The notes: generated by a model not told the origin, from the sequence alone. Counted from the first letter of the stretch, positions 7,521 through 18,078 are shown. The stretch is 64,000 nucleotides of DNA from Nitrososphaerota archaeon (GCA_041641305.1 JBEPYN010000002.1:512001-576000), one strand, 5' to 3'. Program-made: numbers and translations.

Positions 7521-9440
7521 ATGGTGGCCGGTCTGAAAAAACTTTCATGCTACAACAAACCCCTGAACTTTCCCGAGAATAATTTTGACCACGAATGGTG
7601 GAAAAAAATTTTCAACGAGTACTACCTTGTTACAGATGGGGACGTTGTCTGCAACCAAGAATTGACCAAATACGAGGTCGACCTCATAGTCAAGCTTCTC
7701 GACCTCGATAAAACCGATGCGGTGCTAGACCTTTGCTGCGGCAACGGCAGACACGCAATAGAGCTCGCTAGAAGAGGTTACAGGGATATACATGGGCTCG
7801 ACTACTCCAGGTTTCTGTTAAACGTTGCCAGAAATTCAGCTAGACAAGAGGGGCTGAAAATAGACTTCAGATGGGGGGATGCAAGGAGCTTGCCCTTCGC
7901 GGATAATTCATTCGATGCAGTTATTTTAATGGGAAACAGCTTCGGATACTTCGCTGAAATAGATGATGACCTGAGAGTCCTAAGAGAAGTGAGACGTGTC
8001 CTAAGACCTTATGGCAGAATCCTCATCGACGTTGTAGATAGAGAACAGTTCTTAAAACATTTGGAGCCAATCAGCAGTGAAAAAAATGGAGATGTTCAAA
8101 TAATTAGACTGCGGAGGGTCATCGGTCGAAACAGATTGGTGACGCGTGAAATTGTTATCAGGGAAAACACGGAGGTATTAACCGACCATGTCTATGGCGT
8201 TAGACTATACAGCTTCTCAGAACTCAAATGCATGCTGGAGCAGGCAGAGTTCGCAAATGTGACTCTCAAAGCCAGTATCTCATACAATCCTGAAGGAAAG
8301 GACCCTGGAATGCTCAAAACTAGGATGGTCGTTACAGCATTATCTTCGAAGGAGAACATCGTTACAGCCCACAAGCCGCTCATAGCGGTGCTCATCGGTG
8401 ATCCAAGTAGACGCAATCCTGTTAAGCCTGGTGCAGTATTAGATGAAGATGATGTCTATGCGGTTAACGAGTTAAAATCAGCTCTCATAGGTATAAGAAA
8501 GTATCAATTCTGTTTCCTCGATAACCACGACTCATTTCTAGAATACTTGAAGGCAAACAAGAACTCAATTCATATCGTCCTCAACTTATGTGATGACGGA
8601 TTTCACAACGACCCGCATATGGAGGGGCATGTTCCAGCTTTGTTAGAGATGCTAGGGCTGCGGTATACTGGTGCTGGGCCAAGATGCCTATTCCTATGCT
8701 ATGACAAAGCAGCCGTCAATGCGATCGCAGAATCAATGAGCATCCCTGTACCAGAGTATGTGCTAATTAACAACCAGGATGAACTGAACATAATACCTAG
8801 ACGAATTTATCCCGCTATAGTGAAGCCTAACTTCGCAGATAACAGCTGGGGAATAACTGCGAAAAGTATTGTTCGGGACAGAACCGAGTTGGAATCTGCA
8901 ATTCATCAATTGAAGATTGAATGGGGCTACCATGGCCCAGTATTGGTGCAACACTATGTTGAAGGAAAAGATCTGACAACCGCTTTAATAGGAAATCCGC
9001 CAGATTTCATTGTGCTACCGATTCTGACAGAAGATTATTCTTGTTTACCTGACGGGCTTCCGAGAATTCTGACCTATGATGCAAAGTGGGTTCCAGACTC
9101 TCCATATGGTTGTGTACAGTCGGTACCGGCTACACTTAATTCCGATATAAGACACAGGCTAGTCAACTGGAGCAAAGAGCTGTTCATAAGGCTGGAGTGC
9201 AGAGATTATGCGAGATTTGATTGGAGATTGGGATATGATGGTACTCCATGGCTGTTAGAGGCTAACCCAAATCCTGGATGGGTCTGGGATGGTCATCTCA
9301 GAAAGGCATGCAATTATATGGGATGGAGTTACAAGAAGATGTTTCAAGCCATCATTGAGGCGACTGAGAAACGTTATAGAACGGCCAACTCCAAACAACA
9401 CATTAGTATTCATCCTCAAAAGATTGAAGCCATACACTGA
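7521..9440 (+). CDS. Class I SAM methyltransferase fused to a D-Ala-D-Ala-ligase-like ATP-grasp domain
   Basis: VLDLCCGNGRH and GDARSLPF motifs; YTGAGP..DK, AIVKP, VQHYVEG, YARFDWR and LEANPNPG motifs. Confidence 0.85.
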   Translation: MVAGLKKLSCYNKPLNFPENNFDHEWWKKIFNEYYLVTDGDVVCNQELTKYEVDLIVKLLDLDKTDAVLDLCCGNGRHAIELARRGYRDIHGLDYSRFLLNVARNSARQEGLKIDFRWGDARSLPFADNSFDAVILMGNSFGYFAEIDDDLRVLREVRRVLRPYGRILIDVVDREQFLKHLEPISSEKNGDVQIIRLRRVIGRNRLVTREIVIRENTEVLTDHVYGVRLYSFSELKCMLEQAEFANVTLKASISYNPEGKDPGMLKTRMVVTALSSKENIVTAHKPLIAVLIGDPSRRNPVKPGAVLDEDDVYAVNELKSALIGIRKYQFCFLDNHDSFLEYLKANKNSIHIVLNLCDDGFHNDPHMEGHVPALLEMLGLRYTGAGPRCLFLCYDKAAVNAIAESMSIPVPEYVLINNQDELNIIPRRIYPAIVKPNFADNSWGITAKSIVRDRTELESAIHQLKIEWGYHGPVLVQHYVEGKDLTTALIGNPPDFIVLPILTEDYSCLPDGLPRILTYDAKWVPDSPYGCVQSVPATLNSDIRHRLVNWSKELFIRLECRDYARFDWRLGYDGTPWLLEANPNPGWVWDGHLRKACNYMGWSYKKMFQAIIEATEKRYRTANSKQHISIHPQKIEAIH

Positions 9441-9497
9441 GAAAATTGGGTGTTGGAACTAGCTTGTTTATGTTAATTTAAATACAGTGGCTGCAGC

Positions 9498-10439
9498 ATG
9501 AATAATGTGAGCAAGAAGGTCTTGGTGGCAGACTCTATTGACAAAGCGGCTGTTGATGTTCTCGAAGATGCGGGTTTCCAGGTTGATTTACGTCCAGGGA
9601 TTTCCGCGGAGGAGCTTGAATCCGTGATAGGTGGCTATGATGTGTTGCTTGTCCGTGGGAGGACAAAGGTAACTGCGAAGGTTATTGAACGCGGTGTTCC
9701 CGTGTTGAAGGTTGTTGGCCGTGCTGGAGTTGGACTCGACAACGTTGACCTCGAGGCTGCGGCGCGGCATGGCGTCAAGGTGCTGAACACACCAGAGTCA
9801 ACGACCGAAAGCGTTGCGGAGCTCGTCGTCGGGTTGATGATAGCCGTGGCCCGTAAAATCGCTTGGTGTGATAGACAGGTTCGCTCAGGTAAGTGGCCGA
9901 AGTCCGAGGCCATGGGCGTAGAACTGGCTGGGAAAACCCTCGGTGTTGTGGGCTATGGACGGATCGGGAGACGTGTCGCCGAGATAGCATATGCCATGGG
10001 GATGAAGGTTGTTGCCTACGACGTCATACCCATTCCGGAGGAGATTTTGGCAAAAGCCGGGGCCAGGCTCACAAGCCTCGAGGAAGTGCTGCAGACAGCA
10101 GATGTCATAACCCTGCATGTACCTCTTACACCCGAGACAAGACACCTAATCGATGCAAGCAAACTGGAGATGATGAAGCCGACCGCCATACTCATAAACG
10201 CGTCACGTGGAGAGGTGATAGACGAGGAAGCACTCTACAACGCTCTCAAAGACGGTAGAATAGCGGGCGCGGGTCTCGATGTTTTCGAGAAAGAGCCACC
10301 CACCGGGAGCAAGCTTCTCACGCTCGACAATGTTGTGCTCACTCCGCACATAGGTGCTCAGACTCGGGAGGCTCAGGAGGCTGCTGCAACGATGCTGGCG
10401 AAAAAAGTTATCGAAGTGTTTGCTTCAATGAGTTCTTGA
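9498..10439 (+). CDS. serA: D-3-phosphoglycerate / D-2-hydroxyacid dehydrogenase (no ACT domain)
   Basis: RAGVGLDNVD, GYGRIG, INASRG, LDVFEKEP and TPHIGAQT motifs. Confidence 0.85.
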   Translation: MNNVSKKVLVADSIDKAAVDVLEDAGFQVDLRPGISAEELESVIGGYDVLLVRGRTKVTAKVIERGVPVLKVVGRAGVGLDNVDLEAAARHGVKVLNTPESTTESVAELVVGLMIAVARKIAWCDRQVRSGKWPKSEAMGVELAGKTLGVVGYGRIGRRVAEIAYAMGMKVVAYDVIPIPEEILAKAGARLTSLEEVLQTADVITLHVPLTPETRHLIDASKLEMMKPTAILINASRGEVIDEEALYNALKDGRIAGAGLDVFEKEPPTGSKLLTLDNVVLTPHIGAQTREAQEAAATMLAKKVIEVFASMSS

Positions 10440-11268
10440 CAAGCTTGAGCAGCTTCTCCGGATAAAGGCCGGACAAATCCTCCCTGTAAAAAACCACAAT
10501 CTTTTCATCATATCTCCTGTCCAGCTCCACCCCGGGGCCCAGCTCAACCCACACTCCTTCCTCGACAAATTTTCGGAATTTCTCCACCGCGTCCCCGCTC
10601 CTGAGAATATCTATGGGACAGTTTATGTACATGGGCCTCTTGTCGACGATGTGGCGGGTGGATTTGGGTGGCAGCCTGTAGGCATGTTTGGCGATTGAGA
10701 CGACCTCCTCTTTCCTCAGAGGCCTCAGCAAGTATCCGAAGACGTGTCTGCCCCGTTTAACAACCTCTTCAACGTCACTGTCTCTGACATAGGTTATGCC
10801 AAGCGTTTTTAGTCTCTGCTCGAGCATGGAAAGTTTCCCGTAAACCTGCTCGGTGGCCAGAGTTTCTTGATGTTTGATTTTCAGGCTCTGTCCATTGCTC
10901 CAGATGAACCAAGCGTCGTAGATGTCTCTTGACTCTGTGAAGCCCAGTTCGCTGCAATAATCCTTTAACTCATCGCTGGATATGTTCTTTGACGCAGCTC
11001 GCCCCCATCCGGCGAGGACAACACGGGGAGACATGTAGTCGACTGTGTAGACGGGTATTTTTTCGAGGCCTAGAACCATAGCCGCCTCAACCCTGTGCGT
11101 GCCATCTATAACCAGCCCGGTCTCAGCGTCGACTATCACGGGGTCTATGAAGCGGCCTTTTTTGGCGATGTCCTCGGCTATGCGGGAGACTGCTTGTGGA
11201 ATGGATTGCTCATGTGGGTGAAGGTTTCCGGTGTCGGCGAGTGTGACCGTCCAAGGTTTTAGCCTCAA
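10408..11268 (-). CDS. ParB/Srx-fold protein, SerK/SbnI-like free serine kinase candidate
   Basis: LHPHEQ, DPVIVD..VIDGTHR and LPPKSTRH motifs. Confidence 0.65.
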   Translation of the reverse strand: MRLKPWTVTLADTGNLHPHEQSIPQAVSRIAEDIAKKGRFIDPVIVDAETGLVIDGTHRVEAAMVLGLEKIPVYTVDYMSPRVVLAGWGRAASKNISSDELKDYCSELGFTESRDIYDAWFIWSNGQSLKIKHQETLATEQVYGKLSMLEQRLKTLGITYVRDSDVEEVVKRGRHVFGYLLRPLRKEEVVSIAKHAYRLPPKSTRHIVDKRPMYINCPIDILRSGDAVEKFRKFVEEGVWVELGPGVELDRRYDEKIVVFYREDLSGLYPEKLLKLVKNSLKQTLR

Positions 11269-12341
11269 CCCAGTTCAGCCATCTCTTCAAACAGATGCCA
11301 CGGCATGGTGGCGTAAACGTCTTCGAAGATGACGCGTGGGCTGGGCGGCGGTGTCTTCTCCGCTTCCTCGGTGGCGCGGCGCAGCTCGTCCTTGAAGCCG
11401 TCCACAATTTTCTGCTCCTCCTCGGGGGACCACAACCTGTTGCGGGTAAGGTAGACCCGAAGCCGCTTCAACGGGTCAAATGCCCGCATTTGTTCAACCT
11501 CTTCTTCGGAGCGGTATTTTGAGGGGTCGTCAGCGGTTGTATGCGGCCCCATCCTGTATGTGACGGCCTCTATCAGAACAGCGCCCTCACCAGCTCGGGC
11601 CCTCTCCACAAACTTTCTGCAGACAGTGTAGACAGCGAGGACATCGTTGCCGTCGACCCTTATTCCCGGAATTCCGTAGGCTTTTGCCTTTACCGCTATG
11701 TTGGGTGCGGCTGTCTGCATCTTGAAGGGAACGGAGATGGCCCACTGGTTGTTCTGAACAAAGAAGACCACGGGGGGCTTGAAGACACCGGCCCAGTTCA
11801 CTGCCTCGTGGAAATCTCCTTTGGAGGTGGCGCCGTCGCCCAAGTAGACCAGAAACACCTCTTTCTCGCCGCGTTTCTTCGCCGCCATCGCCATGCCAAC
11901 AGCCACGGGACACATGAGAGAAACCGCTCCCGCACCCACTACAATCCTATAGCGTCTGTCGCCATACAGCGTGATTTCATGCCCCTTCATGTGGTCGAGG
12001 TTTGTGGCAAACATTCTATGCATCAACGTTGTGAGCGGCGCTCCTCTGAGAAGACCCACAGTCAGCTCACGGTAGGTTGGAAACATCCAGTCTAAGTCGC
12101 TCAAGCTGTGAACGCTTCCCACGACAGAGGCCTCCTGTCCCTCGACCGGCGCGTAGCGTGATGCTTTCCCGAGCGGATGTATCTTGAGCATCCACTGGTC
12201 AAACGTTCTCAGGACAACCATGTCACGCATCATCTTACGCATCATCTCGTTGGAGAGGCCGGGGTCAGGCTCCCCGACCAGCTCCCCCTCAGGGCTCAAA
12301 ACCCTGTAAAGCCCTAACTCCGCCTGACCGTCTCCAGACAT
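11265..12341 (-). CDS. pdhA: 2-oxoacid (pyruvate) dehydrogenase E1 alpha subunit
   Basis: GQEA, PTYRE, GDGATSKGDFHEA..NNQWAIS and YRMGPHTTADDP motifs. Confidence 0.9.
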   Translation of the reverse strand: MSGDGQAELGLYRVLSPEGELVGEPDPGLSNEMMRKMMRDMVVLRTFDQWMLKIHPLGKASRYAPVEGQEASVVGSVHSLSDLDWMFPTYRELTVGLLRGAPLTTLMHRMFATNLDHMKGHEITLYGDRRYRIVVGAGAVSLMCPVAVGMAMAAKKRGEKEVFLVYLGDGATSKGDFHEAVNWAGVFKPPVVFFVQNNQWAISVPFKMQTAAPNIAVKAKAYGIPGIRVDGNDVLAVYTVCRKFVERARAGEGAVLIEAVTYRMGPHTTADDPSKYRSEEEVEQMRAFDPLKRLRVYLTRNRLWSPEEEQKIVDGFKDELRRATEEAEKTPPPSPRVIFEDVYATMPWHLFEEMAELG

Positions 12342-13519
12342 TCCAAAAACTCCTCGTCAGACAAAGCCCTCTTCTTAGCGATAGACATCTCCTTCACTTT
12401 TTGGAGCAGGGCTTGAACCTCCTCCGGCGACGCTTTTACACCGAGTTTCTCGAGCTTCCACTCGATAGAGTGTTTTCCACTCTTTTTGCCGACGAGGACA
12501 TCATGTCTGTTTCCGACAAGCTCCGGTAGAAAGGCCTCGGAGCCGAGGTGGTACTTTACCCAGCCAGCCACCGATATGCCCGATTCTCTTGTGAACACTC
12601 TCTCGCCGACGACGGGTTTGTTGGCGGCGAGCCGGAAACTTGTCAACTTCTCCACAAGCCGAGAAACCTCCACAAGCTTATCGAGGCGGAGGCCGAGGCG
12701 TCTACCGTAGAGCAGCTCAAGGCTTAGAACAACCTCCTCAAGGGCCGCGTTACCAGCTCTTTCGCCAATCCCGTTGACAGAGACATGCACCACGCTTGCT
12801 CCCGCCGACAAGCCGGCTATGCTCACCGCCGTCCCCATACCAAAGTCGTTGTGACAGTGAACCTCGACAGGCACATTCACCGTCCGCACAATCTCACCGA
12901 CAAGATACCTGAACCCCTCCGGAGAAGCACAGCCAAAAGTGTCAACAACCGCGACGGCGTCGGGCTTAGCCTCCTCAACAACCTTAGAGTAGATGTGTTT
13001 GAGGAAGTTGATATCAGCTCTTGTGCCGTCCACGCCGAAGAAAACAGTGTACAGCCCATGGTCCTTCGCATACTGCACATGCGTAACCGCTTTCTCTACA
13101 ACGTCCTCGGCTCGCCATCCAAACTGCATCAGCTTCGGCACACCCACCGGCCCCTCGGTAACTATTCCAGAGACATCTGCCTTGAGAGCTGCATCGATGT
13201 CCTCTTTCACGAGGCGCGCGAACCCGAAAACCCTAGCTCTAAGGCCCTCGTTGGCAATCATCTTCACGGCGTTGAAGTCCTCCTCGGAGACAACGGGCAT
13301 CCCAGCCTCGAGCCTGTGCACACCCAGCTCATCTAACGCCTTCGCAATCTCCAGCTTCTCGGAAGCCTTCAGCACGACGCCGGGTGTCTGCTCACCATCC
13401 CTCAAAGTAACATCATAAATCTCAATCTTCTCAGGAAAATTGAACTGGTTAACAACCTGTGGAGAAAAGTTGTAGGGGCTGACCCAGTGTTTTTCTCCTC
13501 GCCAAGGCTCTGATGACAT
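12314..13519 (-). CDS. DRE-TIM acyltransferase (isopropylmalate/homocitrate/citramalate synthase family), no regulatory domain
   Basis: DVTLRDGEQTPG, HCHNDFG, GIGERAGNA and GKKSG motifs. Confidence 0.85.
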   Translation of the reverse strand: MSSEPWRGEKHWVSPYNFSPQVVNQFNFPEKIEIYDVTLRDGEQTPGVVLKASEKLEIAKALDELGVHRLEAGMPVVSEEDFNAVKMIANEGLRARVFGFARLVKEDIDAALKADVSGIVTEGPVGVPKLMQFGWRAEDVVEKAVTHVQYAKDHGLYTVFFGVDGTRADINFLKHIYSKVVEEAKPDAVAVVDTFGCASPEGFRYLVGEIVRTVNVPVEVHCHNDFGMGTAVSIAGLSAGASVVHVSVNGIGERAGNAALEEVVLSLELLYGRRLGLRLDKLVEVSRLVEKLTSFRLAANKPVVGERVFTRESGISVAGWVKYHLGSEAFLPELVGNRHDVLVGKKSGKHSIEWKLEKLGVKASPEEVQALLQKVKEMSIAKKRALSDEEFLECLETVRRS

Positions 13520-13520
13520 T

Positions 13521-14486
13521 TTACTCAGCCACTACTGGGTTGCGCATAACGCCGAGGCTCTCTATCTCAGACTCGACCACGTCACCGGGCTTGAGATAAT
13601 ACTTTTCAGGGTTTTCTCTGAAAGCGGCCACTCCGGAGATGGTTCCAGTGGTTATGATGTCGCCTGGCTCAAGCATCACCCATGAATAGTGCTCTATAAT
13701 CTCCTGCAACGTGACCGAGAGCCTGCTGGTGTTTCCCGACTGCCTCACTTCGCCGTTAACCCGCAGCTCCATCTTCAGGTTGTGGGGGTTACTTATCTCA
13801 TCCTTGGTCACAAGGTAGGGGCCCATGGGAGCGAATGTGTCAAGGTTTTTCCCAAAGTTCAGCAATCCGTTCTTCATCTCCTGCCGCTGAATGTCACGCG
13901 CGGTTATGTCGTTAAACACCATGAATCCGGCGACATAATCGAAAGCCCTCTCCTTCGCAATGTATTTTCCACGCTTCCCAATAACGATAGCCATCTCAAG
14001 CTCGTAGTCAAGCTCCTTGGTGTACTTTGGGTAGACGATGTTGTCGTAGGGCCCTATGACCGCTGTGGGGCTCTTCAGGAAAGATATCCACTGGGGAATT
14101 GGAAACTCCCATTTTGCTTTCTCAGCTTCTTTCGCATGTTCGCGGAAGTTTCCCGCGGTGTGAATTATTTTACCCGGCCGCGGAATGGGCGCATGAAGAC
14201 GTACCTTGCCAAGCTCATACACGAAGCCTTCTCCGTAGGACATGTTGATGAAGGACCTAGCCTTGAACAAAACTCTCTCAGCAGCCTCAAAAGCTCTGCG
14301 GCCTCTACGCAGGAAAGAAACCATGCTAGATGGTAGTAGAGCATCCGCCAAAACCTGCGGATCCTCCTCGCCATCCTCATTCAACAACGCTGCGTAGGCC
14401 ATGTTTCCATCAATTAGGTATTCGCCGTAAACTATGCCGAGACGCGGTTCTCGACGATGGGGATGTTGGAAAGTGACTAGCTTCAT
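13521..14486 (-). CDS. Fumarylacetoacetate hydrolase family protein
   Basis: GNFREH, FLKSP, DYELE, NDITARD, KNLDTF and GDIITTGT motifs. Confidence 0.92.
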   Translation of the reverse strand: MKLVTFQHPHRREPRLGIVYGEYLIDGNMAYAALLNEDGEEDPQVLADALLPSSMVSFLRRGRRAFEAAERVLFKARSFINMSYGEGFVYELGKVRLHAPIPRPGKIIHTAGNFREHAKEAEKAKWEFPIPQWISFLKSPTAVIGPYDNIVYPKYTKELDYELEMAIVIGKRGKYIAKERAFDYVAGFMVFNDITARDIQRQEMKNGLLNFGKNLDTFAPMGPYLVTKDEISNPHNLKMELRVNGEVRQSGNTSRLSVTLQEIIEHYSWVMLEPGDIITTGTISGVAAFRENPEKYYLKPGDVVESEIESLGVMRNPVVAE

Positions 14487-14580
14487 ATCGCATATCTTGT
14501 TTGCTGCGTCGTATTATACTTTGGCCTGATGTTTTTCTTGGTGTAAATGTTTTTTAGAACGGTGGCGACTTTTTCCGAAT

Positions 14581-15891
14581 GTGAATTCAGCGCGTTTCTT
14601 CAACAAACCCGCTGAAACTATGAGTAGGAAAGATATTGAGGAAAACCGTGATAAGATGCTGCGTTGGACTGTTCGGCATGCTTACAGAAACAACCCATTC
14701 TATCGTAAGAAACTTGATGAAGCGAAGGTCAGCCCAGACGATGTTAAGACGGTGGATGATTTGGTGAAGCTGCCTTTCACAACCAAGGATGAGCTGCGTT
14801 CACTGTATCCATACGGCACTCTCGCCGTGCAGCGTAGCGAGGTTCTTGAGGTTCACGCCACCTCTGGGACAACAGGTGTGCCGACCCTCGGGTTCTACAC
14901 AAAAAACGACATAGAGGTCTGGGCCGAGGTCTCCGCCCGTAGCCTAGCCATGTCCGGGCTGACTAAGGAAGATGTTTTTCAGATTACCCCGAGTTTCGGA
15001 ATGTTTACGGGAGGGTTCGGGTTCTACTATGGGGCACGCAAGATAGGCGCCATGATTATACCAACCGGCGCAGGGTTCAGCCGCCGCCAAATACAGTACA
15101 TGCTCGACTTCGGAACCACTATGGTGTGCGCGGTTGTTTCATACATTCTCAGGTTGACTGAGACGGCTTTGGAGATGGGTGTCGACCCGGCTAAGGATAC
15201 ACTGGTTAGGAAGGGTGTTTTCGGCTCGGAGATGTGGACCTCTGAGATGAAGAAATGGGTCTCCGACAAGTGGAACATGGATGTCTACGACATCTACGGG
15301 TTTACGGAGCTTTGTGGACCCGGTGTCGCGAACGACTGCTTTGTTCACGATGGGCTGCATCTATGGGAGGACCATTTTCTCGTGGAGGTCATCGACCCCA
15401 AGACCGGTGAACCCGTCGGCCCCGAGGAAAAAGGCGAGCTTGTCTTCACCACATTGACTAAAGAGGCGGCGCCGCTCCTCCGATACCGTTGCAGAGACAT
15501 CTCATACATCTACGACGCCCGCTCATGCGACTGTGGAAGAACCCATCTCCGGCTCGGATACATTTCTGGCAGGGTTGATGACATGATAAAGGTCTCAGGC
15601 GTCGCTGTCTGGCCCAGCGCAGTCGAATCAGTATTGCTCAGACATCGTGAACTTGGCCCCGAGTATCAGATAGTTGTCTGGAGGGAGAAGGGCCTTGATA
15701 GGATGAAGGTCGTCGCCGAGCTGGCCCATGAACTGAGAAGCGATGAGGCCGAGGCTCTGCGAAGCAAGTTGGAGAGAGAACTACATGAGACACTGCTTAC
15801 AAGTGTGCAGGTGGAGCTTGCGGAACCCATGTCCCTGCCACGTCAAGAAGTGGGCAAAGCCAAACGCGTCATAGACAAGCGGGTTGAATAA
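14581..15891 (+). CDS. paaK: Phenylacetate--CoA ligase family protein
   Basis: LPFTTKDELR, HATSGTTG, DIYGFTE, LLRYR and GRVDDM motifs. Confidence 0.88.
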   Translation: MNSARFFNKPAETMSRKDIEENRDKMLRWTVRHAYRNNPFYRKKLDEAKVSPDDVKTVDDLVKLPFTTKDELRSLYPYGTLAVQRSEVLEVHATSGTTGVPTLGFYTKNDIEVWAEVSARSLAMSGLTKEDVFQITPSFGMFTGGFGFYYGARKIGAMIIPTGAGFSRRQIQYMLDFGTTMVCAVVSYILRLTETALEMGVDPAKDTLVRKGVFGSEMWTSEMKKWVSDKWNMDVYDIYGFTELCGPGVANDCFVHDGLHLWEDHFLVEVIDPKTGEPVGPEEKGELVFTTLTKEAAPLLRYRCRDISYIYDARSCDCGRTHLRLGYISGRVDDMIKVSGVAVWPSAVESVLLRHRELGPEYQIVVWREKGLDRMKVVAELAHELRSDEAEALRSKLERELHETLLTSVQVELAEPMSLPRQEVGKAKRVIDKRVE

Positions 15892-16870
15892 AATGGTCCG
15901 AATAATTTCTCGAAGCGAGCTCGAGAACTGGCTTGATATGAAGACCTCCGTCGAGATTGTTGAGGATTTTTTCAGAGATTATGGTGACGAGAAGTATGTT
16001 GCTCCGCCGAGGATGGTTACAGCGATTGAAGAGCGTGACGCCGTCTACCTCAACATGCCGGCCGCCAGCCTCCACGCCGGAGGTTACACGGTGAAGCTGA
16101 TAAACGAATACAGGAAAAACCCCGTGCTACACGGCGTCGAGGCAGCCCATGGTGTGGTGCTTTTCTTCGACATAGAAACTGGGATGCTTAAGGGAATTGT
16201 GGACGCGGTGGCACTCACGTCTCTCAGAACAGGTGCAATAGGTGGAGTGGGTGCAAAATATCTCGCACCCGCTGACAGCAGGTCAGCAGCATTAATAGGG
16301 AGTGGTAGAACAGCGTGGACACAGTTGACAGCTCTACACACAGTACGAGGCATTGAGCGGGTCAAAATCTACAGCCCCACAAAGGCCAACAGAGAAAAGC
16401 TCGCTGAAAAAGCCGCGAAGACCTTGGGAATAGATGCGGAAGCGGTCGAGAACCCGCGTGAAGCGGTTGAGAACGCTGAAGTGGTGCTGGCGGCCACGAA
16501 CTCAGCGGAACCTGTTTTGACGGGTGAGTGGCTTGCAGAAAATGTTCATGTCACGAGTATTGGGGCTTTGCCTACTCGTAGAGAGCTTGACCTTGAGACT
16601 TTCCGCCGCGCGGAGCTGATAGCCGCCGACCTCAAGAAATCCGTGCTCAAGGAGGCTGGGGACATAATGGCCGCGGTTGAGAAGGGAATCGTGGACCCGG
16701 CCAAGGTTCTTGAGCTCCATGAAGTTGTTAAACAGAACCTGACAAGGCCCCGGAACGTTCACGTCACATTGCTCAAATCCGTTGGGTTTGCGGCTCTCGA
16801 CCTTTACTTTACTTCACGTGTCCTGAGAATGGCTGAGAAGATGGGCGTCGGCCGGGTTATCGAGCTTTAG
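15884..16870 (+). CDS. Ornithine cyclodeaminase / mu-crystallin family protein
   Basis: LTSLRTGA, IGSG, ATNS and KSVG motifs. Confidence 0.9.
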   Translation: MNKMVRIISRSELENWLDMKTSVEIVEDFFRDYGDEKYVAPPRMVTAIEERDAVYLNMPAASLHAGGYTVKLINEYRKNPVLHGVEAAHGVVLFFDIETGMLKGIVDAVALTSLRTGAIGGVGAKYLAPADSRSAALIGSGRTAWTQLTALHTVRGIERVKIYSPTKANREKLAEKAAKTLGIDAEAVENPREAVENAEVVLAATNSAEPVLTGEWLAENVHVTSIGALPTRRELDLETFRRAELIAADLKKSVLKEAGDIMAAVEKGIVDPAKVLELHEVVKQNLTRPRNVHVTLLKSVGFAALDLYFTSRVLRMAEKMGVGRVIEL

Positions 16871-17994
16871 TATGACCTCGGTAGGCCGAGGCCTTTTTCC
16901 GCTATGAATGCAAGGGCCAGCTCCTGTGTTATCGGCCCCGACTTAAGCAAGTAGATGTCTCTCATCACCCGCTCCAGCCCAGACTCCTTAAGGTAGCCGT
17001 GTCCGCCGAGAACCTGAATAGCTTGCCCAACCGCCTTGAACACAACCTCGGAGGCGAAATACTTGGCCACGCACGCGGCCACACTCGCATCCTCGTCCCT
17101 GTCAAACTTTCCAGCGGCGTCGAATGTCAGAAGCTTCGCCGCCTCGGCTTCGGCGTAGAGTACTGCGAGTGGGAACTGTATGCCCTGATATGTGCCTATG
17201 GGTTTTCCGAAGACTTTCCGCTCCTTGGCATATGAGGTGGCTGTTTTGATTGCGAAAAGCGCTGAGCCGACGGCGAGTGCTGCGTAAACTATGCGATCCG
17301 GGTTAAGTGCATGTGTGAGAGCCTTCCAACCGTTGTCCACCTCCCCCACAACACTCTCCTCATCAACCTCGACATTCTCAAGCCTCATCAAACCCGTGCG
17401 GAAATAATTGGTACCCATCTTCGGAAGCTCCGAGAAGCTGAGACCCGCCGCCTTCATGTCGAGAACAAACAACGTAATCCCCGCACTCTTCTTCGCAGCA
17501 CGTTCAAGCGGCGTTGTCCTCGCTGCAAGAAGCATATGGGTGGCTCTGTCAAAGTTGTTGACATACATCTTCTCCCCGTTTATCACATATTTCCTACCTT
17601 GTTTGACCGCGGTTGTCTTTATCGAGAGAACATCGGATCCAGATTCTCTCTCTGTTATCGAGAGGCCCATGATGTATTCTCCTGTAGCGAGTCGCGGAAG
17701 AATGCTTTGACGCTGGCTCTCTGACCCTGATTTGTTTATCACGAGAGAGGCCATGTTGTTGCTGAGAAGCGGGTAAATGGCTGTCCCGCAGCCATGCATA
17801 GTGAGATAAATCACGGCTTCGACGAGTTTAGAGACGGTTTTGCCCAGTCCGCCGTAGGTTTCTGGAATCAGGAACCCGGGCATCCGACGCCTCCCACACT
17901 CTCGCCAAAACTCCTCGGGGAACTCACCCTCATCGCTTGCCTTCTCCCAGTAGCTCAGCGGGAAAAGTGCTGGCAGGTCCACAACCTCTTTCAC
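16867..17994 (-). CDS. Acyl-CoA dehydrogenase
   Basis: ITERESGSD, INGEKMY, RKVFGKPIG.YQGIQF and QVLGGHGY motifs. Confidence 0.93.
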   Translation of the reverse strand: MKEVVDLPALFPLSYWEKASDEGEFPEEFWRECGRRRMPGFLIPETYGGLGKTVSKLVEAVIYLTMHGCGTAIYPLLSNNMASLVINKSGSESQRQSILPRLATGEYIMGLSITERESGSDVLSIKTTAVKQGRKYVINGEKMYVNNFDRATHMLLAARTTPLERAAKKSAGITLFVLDMKAAGLSFSELPKMGTNYFRTGLMRLENVEVDEESVVGEVDNGWKALTHALNPDRIVYAALAVGSALFAIKTATSYAKERKVFGKPIGTYQGIQFPLAVLYAEAEAAKLLTFDAAGKFDRDEDASVAACVAKYFASEVVFKAVGQAIQVLGGHGYLKESGLERVMRDIYLLKSGPITQELALAFIAEKGLGLPRSY

Positions 17995-18078
17995 GTATCA
18001 GATGATGCAAACCCTTGTTTTAGTGTTGTCGGCGATGAAATCTCTAATACTCCGATTATACGAACACATCGGGAAAAA

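Noticed and set aside
17794-18078. Long N-terminal extension of the MFS ORF
   Set aside because: It overlaps the opposite-strand acyl-CoA dehydrogenase and is not MFS-like; the start was reassigned to TTG 18079.
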